Of a DNA stretch of 64,000 nt, positions 13,523 through 26,737 are shown one piece after another. Under the pieces are notes generated by a model. The model ran no database searches and was not told the origin of the DNA. It saw only the letters and a program-made list of their open reading frames with translations. The translations under genes and the position numbers were made by a program. This DNA is from Octopus vulgaris. Its lineage: Eukaryota. The stretch is taken from positions 45,942,001 to 46,006,000 of the forward strand of contig OX597825.1 of assembly GCA_951406725.2 (NCBI GenBank). The letters are read 5' to 3'. The first letter of the stretch is position 1, and every line of letters begins with the position of its first letter.

Positions 13523-15777
13523 AATCATTATCATCATCATTTAATGTCTGTTTTCCATGCTGGTATGGGTTGGACGGTTTGACAGGAGCTGACCAACTGA
13601 AGAGCTGCCCAGGCAGCATGTCTGTTTTAACATGGTTTCTATGACTGGATACCCTTCTTAATGCCAACCACTTTACAGAGTGTACTGGGTGCTTTTTACA
13701 TGGTACCAACATTCATGAGTCTGCATGATTAGGATCACTCAACTGAAGGGGGATGCTAGAGACATACCTGTATGCAAGAACAACTACGGCAAACTGCCAG
13801 GAGTCTCAGCCCCTAATCATCCCCTCTGTGCGGCCCAATGTCTGAAGATCCTTTCTTACCACTGTGTCCCACGTCTTCCTGGGTCTACCCCTTCCACATG
13901 TTCCCTTTACAATTAGATATTGTCACTTCTTGATGCAGCTGTCTTCATTTATTACATGACCATACCAGTGCAGTCTTTTCTCTTGCACACTACATCTGAT
14001 GTTATGTATACCCAGTTTTTCTCTCAAACCACTTATATGCACACTGATATTACCCATCATATATGCACACTGACATTACCCATCCAGTAGAACATACTGG
14101 TTTCATTTCTTCCAAGCCTTCACATGCTCTCAGTAGTCACAGCCCATTGTCATTCATATACATGCATCATGCAATCTACCTTTCCTTCTCAGGGAGTAGC
14201 CTTTCGTTATAACAGAGATAGTAGCTCTCTGAACTTTGCTCAGCCCATTCTTATTCTAGCAGCTATGCTTTTAGAACAACCTCCACCACTGCTAACTTGG
14301 TCACCTAAATAATGGAAACTATTTACTACTTCAAAGAAACCCCCTGACATTTGAGGAGTCTATTTTATGTACATTCCTGGTGTTTAGTGTACCAGCACAT
14401 CTGCCAAATGTAAAGACTATTTTCTCTATTAGTCTTCCAGTGATACCATTGCACTTGTTATGTGTCCATAACTTGCACAGGGTACAGCGTATGGAGTTTC
14501 TCCTGACATCTTTTCTACATATTGAGCAGGGCCACCCTGAAGAGATCTGTGATTTGTCTGTTTTCTTACTTATTAGGTCTTTGGTCTTTGCTAAATTAAC
14601 TCTAAGGCCCTTTGATTCCAGACCTTGCTTCCATAACTGAAATTTCTTCTCTAGTTCTGGTAGTGATTCAGCAATATAAAGAAGGTAATTGGTGTAGAGG
14701 AGCTCCCAAGGACAGCCAGTCTTAAATTCCTCTGTTATAACTTGGAAGAATATGATAAACAAGAGGGGGCAAAGAACCAATCCCTGGTGGACTACTGCTT
14801 GTATACTAAATTCCTTGCTATACTCATTGGCAACTTCTTTCACCTCACTGACAGCATCCTTGTACATGGCTTGTACAGCTCTTACCAACCACTCATCTTT
14901 CCTTAGCTTCTAAGGGTGCAACAAAAGCCAGAGGCAGAGATTTATTTTTGGTCAAGTATTTCTCCTGCAATTGTCTCACCACGAAGATAGCATTGGGAGT
15001 GCTTCTACCTGGCACAAATCCAGACTGCATCTCTCTTCCTAATTGATTGAGCTATGACCCTTTCTGTAACTTTCATCACCTGGTCCAGGAATTTGATGCC
15101 TCTGTAACTTTTTTCTGTCTAAGGCATCACCTTTGCTTTTGTAGCATTTGACTATAATGCTGCTACACCAATTGTTGGACAACCTGATTAACTATACAAG
15201 AGACTAGACCATATTGACAACCTGATTAACTTTACTGGTGACTAGACCATATCTCACTCTGCCAGATAATTAAAGTATCTCAATGGTGATTCCTGATGAG
15301 TCATCTTCAAATCCTTAATTGCTTCATGTACCAAGCTACAGTTGATTCAAATAGCTGGCCCCTCTGTTGGGTTAGGGTTAGGCTGGCTCTTCTTCTCCCA
15401 TGCATTCTCTACATTTAGCAACCTTTCATAATGGCACTTCCATGCCTTCTTTGCAGAATTACTAACTGAAAGTGAGCCACTATCCACACTTCTCTCTGTC
15501 ACAATTTTCTCTGACACTCTCTCTTGCAATTCAGAAAACCTCAAGCTTCTGGTCTTCATGCCACAGAACACTGGCAAACTTCCTCCTTTCTGCTTATCTC
15601 CTGGCTAAGTAAACTTGTTTTCTAGCCTCCATCATAGTTACCTAATATAGTTCTCTGCTACCACCATTCTTCCAGGCCTTCTGGCCTTGTTTCTTCACTC
15701 TAATGGCCTTGTCTACAACATCGTTCCTCTACCACATCACCCTAAGCCTTTTTGGGACTTTGCACCAGCCACAAATG
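13523..15777 (-). mobile_element. Older RTE LINE, 5'-truncated and decayed
   Basis: ORFs 14331-14888 and 15347-15577 match the RTE RT and Cys cluster; 3' UTR and (GAT)n tail. Confidence 0.9.
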
Positions 15778-16925
15778 TAGAAGGTAAAGTAGATGGTGGT
15801 CCTGAAGTGAAAACAGAGTTGTGTTGTGTAAGGTTATGGGTTAGGTAGTGTCTAAAAAAAGAAATGTGGTTTGAACAGAATCTTAGTGAAGATAAACAAA
15901 GATAAGGCCAAAAATTTTAGGGGAAGAGCCAGTTGATTACATTTATCCCAGTACTCAACTGGTACTTATTTCATTGACCCCTAAAAAGATAAAAGGCAAT
16001 GTTAACCATAGCAGAATTTGAACTATCTGCTTGAGCATAATAGAATATTTAAAATGTCTCTGGAAAAACAACATTATGCTGTTGATATGAAACAAAAGAA
16101 ATTCAATAGTTTTTCAACAGGACTAAGAGATGATAAAAATAGAGAGCCTGCCTTTTTTTTCTTCCCTGCTCCCTTCACCATAATAGCATTAATGCTGTTT
16201 TGTTAGAATGGCTTGGGTTGGACAGGTATATCAACTCTTGACATAAGCTTTTGTCATCTTGTTTGTGAGACAGGCTATCCTGAGATGTTATAGATAGCAC
16301 TAACAATTAGTACTGTTTGGAGTACTGCATCATCTACTACATGGTTCAAATATTTTGGGAACCTTTTTAATCAGTCTTTTGATAAGCAATAGTTTTCTTT
16401 CTTTTTTCAATTTCTAACAAATAGCAATGCTCTGGAAATAAATTGTAATTAACTACTTTTGATTTATAAAATCTCATCAATTTATAAAATTTATAAAATC
16501 TCATCAATTCATTGTCAAACCAAGCAAAAGCTATTAACAAAGACTCATTTCTACTATTTTTATATCCTTCTTTTTATTTATTTTCAATTAAAATAAAATT
16601 ACCCAATTGTTGCTGTTGTTTAACCCTATGTTAGACCCAATTGAGACACAGTTATAAGCAAAGAATTTCCACAGCAATGTTATTTCTGTACTTTATTTTC
16701 TAGATAAGAATATATCTAGGACCATATTATTTATGTCCTTGCTTTTAGTTTTTTTTTAATGCAAGACTGTCATTTTAGAGACATATAGCTGACATATCTA
16801 ACAAGTTGGGCTGCTGTGTAGAGGTCCCTTCATAGATTTGAAAATTACCCTGTAAATATAAAGTGTATTTGTAGTGATTAAGAGAAAAGTATTTTGTATT
16901 TTCAGAGTCAAAAGATATTAACTTG

Positions 16926-17121
16926 GGATTATGAACAGTATATATTGATTATAATAGCAACTAAGAGATGCTAATGTAAATAAAGAGTGACATTAAAAAA
17001 TAATAGTTACTTTAATACTACTATTGTCATCTGATTAGATATAATCCAGTAATGAGTTTTTTTCTAGAGTGGCTAATCCATAAATCACTAAAGCTAGCAT
17101 TCTTAATCCATAATCTTATAA
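16926..17121 (+). promoter_or_regulatory. Cluster of K50 homeodomain (Otx/Crx/Otd-type) sites with a TATA-like element upstream of G-gamma
   Basis: GGATTA 16926, TGATTA 17032, TAATCC 17042, 17074 and 17104, TAATCT 17111, TATAA 17117. Confidence 0.55.
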
Positions 17122-17250
17122 CTGTTCTAGTGGTTCATCATACTATTCTTTCTTGCCACAGAGACTGAAAAAAAGAGATATACAGTCTGAAAATAATTTG
17201 GCAACAAATTTATAGCTGTAACAGTTTGTTATTGAAGCAGTACATACAGG

Positions 17251-17399
17251 ATGAATAAACTACAAGGCAAAAAGAAGGATAAGAAGGATGAAGAAGAAGA
17301 AGAAAGAGAAATTCCAATAGAGACAATGCATACTATTGTCAAACAACATAAGGATCAACTTGCACTTCAAGTCATGAAAGTCTCAGAGTCAATCAAACT
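17251..17399 (+). CDS. G-protein gamma subunit, coding exon 1 (MNKLQGKKKDKKDEEEEEREIPIETMHTIVKQHKDQLALQVMKVSESIK+CT)
   Basis: ATG at 17251, 49 codons plus 2 nt, then donor GTAAGT at 17400. The KVSESIK segment matches the G-gamma 'KVS' helix. Splices in frame to 47734. Confidence 0.92.
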
Positions 17400-17587
17400 G
17401 TAAGTTGTTATGGTAGTTATTAGTAAAAAAAGTGTTTTTTAACATGTATTTAATGTGTTTGTAAGTATTAATGTACTTGCATACACGTATGCATGCATAT
17501 ATATATGTGTGCACACATATATATATATATTTGGTATCGAGCAAATGGCTAAGGTCGTTAAAGAATTTCCTTTGTCTTCTCCTTTTC

Positions 17588-17636
<49 letters not shown>

Positions 17637-17667
17637 TTATACATACATACATACATACATACATACA

Positions 17668-17733
<66 letters not shown>

Positions 17734-19249
17734 CAACTTACGATGAAAGTAAACAAAGTTTGCTTTAGAAGCATTGAGAAATAATTTATTCTCAAATGCA
17801 TGATAATGTTAATACAATTGCATGAACAGGACAAACTATCTATATATTGCAGAAAAATTCATTGCCAGCTAGCCATGAGATGTGAACTCACATCCCTGTG
17901 ATTACACATCAAGTGCTTTACCTTTAAGCTAAACTGGCCAGTAACGAATTGTTCTGCAATTTTAGGATTTATAAATCTAGCTTTATAAGATGCTAACACT
18001 AAATTCAACTTACAATGAAAGTATACAAAGTTTGCTTTAAAGGTGTTGAGATGTATTGAAAGATACCAAATTTTTCTGCAATGTATAGATAGTTTATCCT
18101 GTTCATGTTATTGTATTAACATTATCATGTGTTTGAGAATAAATTATTTCTGTATCTTTTATGTATGTATATATATATATATAAAACCATTGTCATCATT
18201 TTAACACCCACTTTTCCATGCTTCTATGGTTGAGAATGAGTTTATTGAGGCAGATTTTTATGGTTGGACGTTGCCAACCTTCCTGTTGCCAACTTACACC
18301 TGTTCCCAAGGCAAGGTAATATTTCCCCATGGCCAGATATATTTTCTCAGAATATTGGAAATGAATGACACTACTTGTATGACAGTGACATTCATTTACA
18401 GCTATCATGTGATGTCAAGACAAGATGACAGACACACACACACATACTTATGTATATATTGTATGTACACACACACACAAAATTATGAAGACATGAAAAT
18501 ACATAAGTATATACTTTACAGCATTTTTTGTTTGATAGTATGATCTAAATAGAACAAACATTTTGACTTAAGCTTTTGGATTATTAGACCAACTGTATTG
18601 ATAAATATGTAGCTGCCTTAAAGTTATCAATTATGCATACACACATACTTACATTTATTTATTCATCTATTCCTTTATTTACATATCCAGCATTGTGTTG
18701 TGTCTTTACTGTAAAATAAATTACTTTTAGCTGAAATTCTAATTGGAAATATTATGGAAACAATATATATAGTTGATGATGATTGCACCATCTTTATAGA
18801 AAATTGCCACCCCTCTGAGCTGCCACATTGTCAATGGCATTTCTGACATTCTATCAATAATCCTGCTGCAGATCTGCATGGTTTGAAGTAGTTAAAACTT
18901 CCACTGGATTGATTGGATCACTTTGTGATATATGATCCTTGTGAATCACCATATATCACTTCAAACCTGAAATTTACTTGCAAGCCCTTTCACACACTAC
19001 ACACATCTATTTAAGATGGTTGACATACCCAGCCTTGTTAAGGAATACACAGCTACACTCTTCATATCTCTGACACTTTATGTTCTCATTGAAGTCCTAA
19101 TGACAGCTCCTCCTAAACCAGCACTCTAGGCTTTCATATTCAAGACAACGCTCTTCAAAAGTTTTACAACATTCCTTTATACTCTTTCTCCACTCATTTC
19201 TTTCCAAAGTTAGTTGGTTCATGCTGAGGACGCTTTCCAGTAATGAACT

Positions 19250-21691
19250 AACAATCTTTTACAAACCAACAGTCAATATTTCCAACACACTAACTCGAAC
19301 TGTAAACTGTACCTGGACTTTGAAGACCAAGCTACTACCAATGTCAGACCTCTACTATTTATATGTAGTGGTTCTGTCTATTCTTGTCAGAGGGTGATGT
19401 AGTCTCACCACAACATCACCCCTTTTGAAATTTTGAGTTCCGAAGGAATGAAGAAATTTTATCTATTATTATTATTTTTTGATGTCTGTTTTGCTTGGGC
19501 TTTATTTCAAGGTATTCAGTCAGCTTCCGTTTTCTCATGCTGGTTCTATGGGGCTCCGTTACTTTCAGTGCTGAGACATCGAATACATAAAAAAATACTT
19601 CCATAGGAATTTCTCTCTGTTCTTTGGTATGTCTCTTCTTTAGTTGATTTATGGGTCTCTTATGTTCCCAGTGTGGTCATTTTTAGTTACAAGGCCATCC
19701 TCCCGGTCTTCTTTACCATTTCTGTAGGTTTTAAAAAGCACTTTATCTCTACTTCAAAATGTTTCGTTACATCTTATGTATTTCCTTTCTTATATTTCCT
19801 TATGGCCAGATATATTTTCTCAGAATATTGGAAATGAATGACACTACTTGTATGACAGTGACACTCATTTACAACTATCATGCGACGTCAAGACAAGATG
19901 ACAGACATACACACTTAGAGTAATCCACTTAGAGAAATCCACCTTTTAAATGATTCCACTCTTTTCCAGTCTGTCATTTACAATTTCAATTGCTGCGAAG
20001 GGTACTTTTCTGCATTTTTACTTACTCTCACTCTTTTTACATAGACCTAAAACCTCTGATTGTACTTGAAGAAACATCTTTTTCAATTTTCTCTTCAATT
20101 CCCCAGACAATTTATTTTTAATAGGACAACCATTTATGTTTTTGCAGTAGAGATTTATGGAGAGGTGCCATAAGTCAAATAACTCCAACCAATCTGTACC
20201 AAACAAATTGATTGTATTCTCCACAATGAATATTTGTGCTTTGCATGTTTCTCCTCAAAATGTGACGTCTGTACACATTTCGCCCATGAAATGTAATTTA
20301 TCGCCCATCATGCCACACAATTTTCACTGTTTCTTGATTTTCCTCCATGTATCCGCATTTATGATTGAAATATCACTAGCTGTATTCAACTGCAGCTTGA
20401 TATGTACGACATTTTTTTCACATGTACGAATTTTCTTGTTTTTGTGTCACATTCACTTTCTGCCTTAGAACTTTTTTCATTCAACCCTCATAATTTTGTC
20501 CTGCAACGTGAGCTTTTGTGACCAAGTTTTTGACAACTATAGCATCTTTGGTTTTTAAATGGACACTCTTTTTTGAAGTGTAGGCCTCCACATCCATAAC
20601 ATGGATTGGGGCCTGGCACTTTTTTTTTATTGTACTTTCTGGGTCAACACATCTGTATTTTTGCAGAACCTTTCACTTGAATTTTTTCACATCGTGCTTC
20701 AGGTTTATCATTGTTTGACATTTTTCTGCAATGGTCTGTAGGGTTAGGTCTTGGTTTTCTGTCTTTGGTTGCTGTAAGGCCTTGTATAAAGATAAGGGAT
20801 TTAAAAATATCTTGAGTGAGTTCCTGAAGTTTAAAGTTTTCCCACACACAGTTGGCTACTCCGGCTTATGTAATAAAGTCATCATCATAATTTTTTGTGA
20901 AGTTCCAATGCTCCCTTCGAGCATTGAATAATGAACTTTTGTCACAAAAGATCTTTGATAGTAATTCAATAGTTTCTTGAAAACACATCTCATTTGACTT
21001 TTTGGACAATATAAAGTTACAGTAGTATTTATGATTGGCTGGAGCTATCTTGCATAGTAATAACCTCACTTTTTTCTCATCTGACCATGACATGCAATCT
21101 TGGTTAAAAATTTCCTCGTACCTTGTATTGTATGCAGGAAACCTAATACCCTCTTTTGGATTATGAGTGAATTCAGAAATCGAGTTCACCACACTGTCTG
21201 GCATTAATCAATTTACCGAATTCACAGACTTCCTTGATTGTAACTCAATTAACTGTTGTAATATTTGCTTCTGCAACTCTTGTAATTGTTCCTATTGCTT
21301 CTCTTGAAGCTGTATTACTGCAGCTAATAGGTTCTCCATAATTTAACAATTTGTCAAATAAAATACGTGAGCTTCGAAAAATCCTCATCGCCAGATGTTA
21401 TATCCTTACACCTCCAATATTATAGTAAGGTTGATATTGTCGACAATACATAAAGAATATTCTTTAGCAGTGTTATAACAATACAAAATAGAAACAGTGG
21501 CAGAAACAAACATGTAGCAAAACCAACAATCTTTTACAAACCAACAATCAATATTTCCGACACACTAACTTGAACTGGACCTGGACTTCAAAGACCAAAC
21601 TAAGAAACTGCCAACTATGTTAGACTGCTACTATTTATATGTAGTGGTCCTGTCCATTCTTGTCAAAGGGTGTCATACTCTCACCACAACA
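19250..21691 (-). mobile_element. Ty3/gypsy LTR retrotransposon, internally deleted
   Basis: 5' LTR 21396-21691 (TG...CA), PBS TGGCGATGAGGAT at 21381-21393, gag-like ORF 20866-21204, protease-like LQLNTASDISI, integrase-tail-like HKRPINQLKKR, PPT AAAAGGGGTGA, partial 3' LTR ~19250-19415. Confidence 0.85.
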
Positions 21692-21760
21692 CAGTTTTAG
21701 ATGCTTATGGTGTACTGTCCCTGTTTCATACAAACATACACATACTCATGCATCCCCCAG

Positions 21761-21810
<50 letters not shown>

Positions 21811-22123
21811 CAGGCTTCATTCAGTTTCTGTTTCCCAAATCCACTTAAAAAGCTTTGGCTGGAGCATAGTAGAGGACACTTGAACCCAAAAACCATGTGG
21901 ATGGGAAACACAGCCATGCCTGCACTTACCCATGCCTAGATTGGTTGATGTCTCAAGAACTTAGGAACTTGGAGAACATGAAAGAATTTTTGGGGGAAAT
22001 GTAAATCGTGAAGCAAAGAAAGCTATAGTAGCATATAAATATTGCATTAAAAATCATTTAAATATGAAAAGTTGAAAGCTAACCATGGGGCTCAATCCCA
22101 CATTTCCTATAAACATGACAGGT

Positions 22124-22288
22124 CCTATATTTAAGAGATGAGGAATTATGTACTTTATTTACATTCGATGGATATTTGGCATCTTGTTTGTTGTTAACAC
22201 AATGTTTTGGCTGATATACCCTCCAGCCTTCATCAAATGTCTTGGGGAAATTTCAAACCTGAGTTCTCATTCCTAAGGTATTTTTCGA

Positions 22289-22328
<40 letters not shown>

Positions 22329-22988
22329 TAGTTTTATTTTTTATAGCATGCTTTCACTTCACTACCGAGCGCAGCTCTGTGTGCCTTGGGTATGTGCTGT
22401 GATTTGTTGTGATGCTCTGATGGTTATTGTATGGAAAGTGTTCTGCATAGGATGTGTGCAGTGCCTAGTAGTGCAATTTTCTGTATGTTATATGTGTTTG
22501 TAAGTCCTGGTGTTTTTGTTATGTATTTGTCTGAATATTTTTTTATGCACCTACTATGATAGGAATTGTTTCTGTTTTTAGATTCCACATTCTGGTTACC
22601 TCCATTTCCAGGTCTTTGTATTTTGAAAGTTTCTCCATTTCTTTTAGAGACACATTGTCATCTGCCGGTATTGATATTATTATTATTATTATTATTATTG
22701 TTCAGGTCACTACTTAGAATCAAACTTGGAATCTTGGGGTTAGTAGCCCGCGCTCTTAACCACCATAGTGGTTACTAACCCCAAGACTCCGAGTTTAATT
22801 CCAAGCAGTGACCTGAACAATGATGATGATTATGATGATGATGATGATGATGATGGTGGTGATGGTGGTGGTGGTGATGGTGGTGGCGGTGGTGGTGGTG
22901 GTGGTGGTGGTGGTGGTGGTGGTGGTGGTGGTGGTGGTGATGATGATGATGATGTAGATGATGATGATGATGATGATGATGATTAATG

Positions 22989-23034
<46 letters not shown>

Positions 23035-23172
23035 CAACAACAACATCGAAACCCAGGTTTGAAATTTCCCCAAGACACTTGATGAAGGCTGGAGGGTATA
23101 TCAGCCAAAACGTTGTGTTAACAACAAACAAGATGAGGACAAATATCCATTGAATGTAAATAATGTAAATAA
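22124..23172. mobile_element. Palindromic non-autonomous element made of two head-to-head tRNA/HHR repeats
   Basis: Inverted arms; 16-bp TSD tataaacatgacaggt at 22108-22123 and 23173-23188. Confidence 0.85.
22325..22672 (-). mobile_element. R4/Dong-like LINE 3' fragment nested in a (TAA)n tract
   Basis: REL endonuclease C-terminus (KYKDLEMEVTRMWNLK, KIALLGTAHIL), homologous to 56370-56710; (TAA)n on both sides. Confidence 0.8.
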
Positions 23173-23988
23173 TATAAACATGACAGGTGTTCTAACATTG
23201 GATCAAATCAATCCTTCAAATTTTGCTATCCATTCTATATACTTTATTCTTACTAACAAGAATGATTGCTTTGATCCAGTGTCTGTCATGTTTACAGAAG
23301 TGGGTTTCAGTCTCATGGCCAGTCATTGACTTTTTCTTTTCAAAGTATTTTTAACCCAATGTTTACATGTTTTTACTTATAGCTTTATTTGTTTTTGGAT
23401 TCACCATTCCTAAAACGAATTATTTCCCATTCTCAGTTTCTACATTCTTATGACTTTAACAACATATAATTCTCATTGGTAAGAATAAAGTATCTGATAT
23501 GGATTGAGAAATTCAAAGGATTATTTATAGCTTTATTTGCTTTGAGATTCACTATTCCAAAAAAGAATGGGTATGGCTTTAAACTGCAGCTGACTGTGGG
23601 GCTTTAGTTTGAGAATTTCAGGGTTTCAAGAAATGTGGAGCCACATCTTACCCACTATTGTTCCCAAGTCTACTGTGATCCAGAGTAGTAGGACCTGTCA
23701 GGGTTGTGGCTATGTTGACAACTGGAAGTGAAGGACCCTTAGTTCTTAGAACTTCCTTCAAGGAGAAGATAAACTCATATAAAAAAAAACCTGAAGTGCA
23801 GTTGGTTTTCAATCATTTCAAGCTTTGTTGTGCCACTGATGTTATAGCTGTTTGTGCTGAAAAGTAAATTCACTGCTGTGCAACACTTTACTTGCTCAAT
23901 GCAAATTCACAAGATCTTCTTGGACTCTTGATTATAAGAAGTGATCTTGCTTGGTCATGAATCTACTTCCACCACACGCACACACACA

Positions 23989-24098
<110 letters not shown>

Positions 24099-24130
24099 AT
24101 AGCTTGGCTGAAAAGTTCATAGGTTGACCA

Positions 24131-25655
24131 ATATATATATACAAATATATAATGGAATAATTACTATGAAGCATTGTGTGGAATATATTGTATAAAGGAT
24201 CATGGGTAAGGCCAGATCAATGTGAAGTAAATGCAAGGTAAATCACAAGAAAACAAATATATGAATTAATATAGACTTACCTTGTATTCAATATTTCAGG
24301 GTTATGACACCATTTTCAAAAAAATTAACGAATGTTGTCAATGTGCATATGTGTAAGCGTGTGTGGAGTGGACATGCATGGAAAGGTGTTGCTATAGCAA
24401 CCAGCTAGCTTCCTGTAATTCTCTACTGTTGTTGACCTTAGGTTTCTTTTGGTATATGAGGATGGCCTCAGAGATTCTAAGGTTGCTCCTTTTCTGGATC
24501 CCGTTGGTGAAGAAGCTATCAACATGTTGGTCAAAAATGTCATCAACAGCAGATATGATATCATCATCACTGCAATAGTGGTTCCTAGCCAAGCGATTTT
24601 CATGCTGCCAGATCAGGAGAACAGGAGAGTGATCATGCACAGCAGCCACTGAAGCCAAGCACTTCTATACTGGAGTATTGTTCAGATAAAGCAAACCCCT
24701 TTTGTCACTTTCTTGGGTGTTTGGTCCTGATGGCCTTTCATAACTGTCTCAGCAAATTAACATAGTACTCTCCATATATGTGTGAAAATCTGTTAATATG
24801 AATGGTATGCATGTGTGATCTTTTATGTGATGCAATTTATACACTATGGGGAACAATGGTACTATTTGTCTGTATATATGTATAAATGTGTGAAAACCTG
24901 TTTATATGAAAGATGTACACATATACATGCATGTGTCTAGGAATTTAAGTGTATTCTTGAACAGAAATTGTTTAGAGTTTATGTCTTTTTCTTCCCTGCA
25001 TATGAAATGATCTTGGTTTTATTTGAAGCAGGTAGGGAAGGATGTTTCCACTACATGTATTGTCCATTTGTCTCTGGCTCAAAGTGATAAAGCCAAGAAT
25101 CTGCCTCAAGCAATGTCAGATTTTCCTGTGATGTGATCAGATGATCTTGACAAATGTGGCAAATGTGGCGCATCCCACAAAGGAAGCACAATAAGCAAAC
25201 TGCATATACACATTAAGGAACACATGCAGGCAGACACTTCTATGAAAAAACATCTATGGAAATGCCAGACCTTGGAATTCACAGTGCACATCAAGGCAAC
25301 ACAGCAGAAAAGGGGCAACCTTAGAATCTCTGAGGCCATCCTCATACACCAAAAGAAACCTAAGGTCAACAACAGTAGAGAATTACAGGAAGCTAGCTGG
25401 TTGCTATAGTAACACCTTTCCATGCATGTCCACTCCACACACGCTTACACATATGCACATTGACAATATTCATTAATTTTTTGAAAATGGGGTCATAACC
25501 CTGAAATATATGAATATTAATTCATATATTTGTTTTCTTGTGATTTACCTTGCATTTACTTCACATTGATCTGGCCTTACCCATGATCCTTTATACAATA
25601 TATTCCACACAATGCTTCATAGTAATTATTCCATTATATATTTGTGTATATATAT
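24131..25655 (+). mobile_element. Penelope-like 3' fragment (GIY-YIG end) with a ~350-bp inverted copy; mariner remnants at ~24097-24130 and ~24497-24640
   Basis: CGKCGASHKGST..HIKEH...ISEAILI...KPKVN at 25150-25409; arms 24131-24496 and 25305-25655 are reverse complements. Confidence 0.75.
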
Positions 25656-26110
25656 ATATACAAGATTAATCAGCCGAAATTGCTAAGATGATCTGGTTCT
25701 TGACTGATGACTGAGGGCTTCGAATGTCCCATCCTGTGGTTCTTGTGTCGTCTCTGTGGCGTTTCATGTCCTTGTCCATGTCTGTAATTATTTTTACTGT
25801 TTACCTATATATATATATATATCATTTGATAACAGACTGGTAGCAGAGGTGGCAGTTAATTGGTAAATGTAAAGAAAAGAAAAGAAATAGAAAGAGGGGT
25901 GGATAGAGTGAGGTAGTGGGGATTTTAAGGATTGGCTATATGATAAAGTAGTGTATGGTGTCTAAGAATTGTGTATGGGGTAGCTGAGAAGATAAGAGAG
26001 AGGATGGGAAGGTAGAGGAAGATAGGATAAAAAATAGGGTGAAAAAAATCAGAAAAATAGAATGAAATGAAAGGAATTTAAAGAGAAACGGATCATCCTT
26101 GCAATTTCGG

Positions 26111-26146
<36 letters not shown>

Positions 26147-26420
26147 AGAATCTCCTATTGAAGATGATGTATGAGCATTCAGCTTTTGCCAAACAACCTG
26201 CACACATGATTTGTTTATAGTGAATGTATGCGCTCACTCCCACCATCAAATCAACATTGTGTGAACAGGTGCACAGTTTACCACACATCAGGTGTCAAAG
26301 AGATCACAGAGATGAAGTATTTCGCTCAAGAACACAATGTGCCACCTGGTCCAGGAATGGAAACCACAATCTTGAAATCATAAGTGCAACACTTTAAACA
26401 CTAGGCCAGATATTTATGCA

Positions 26421-26539
<119 letters not shown>

Positions 26540-26731
26540 CATCATCATCATCATCATCATCGTTTAACGTCCGTTCTCCATGCTAGCATGGGTTGGACGG
26601 TTCGACCGGGGATCTGGGAAGCCAGAAGGCTGCACCAGGCTCCAGTCTTATCTGGCAATGTTTCTACAGCTGGATGCCCTTCCTAACGCCAACCACTCTG
26701 TGAGTGTAGTGGGTGCTTTTTACGTGCCACC
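26540..26731 (-). mobile_element. RTE 3'-end fragment
   Basis: Same 3' UTR and (GAT)n tail as the other RTE copies. Confidence 0.85.
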
Positions 26732-26737
26732 TATATA

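Noticed and set aside
22768-23131. Poly-Gly/Asp/His ORFs
   Set aside because: Expanded (GAT/GGT/AAT)n tract inside the palindromic element.
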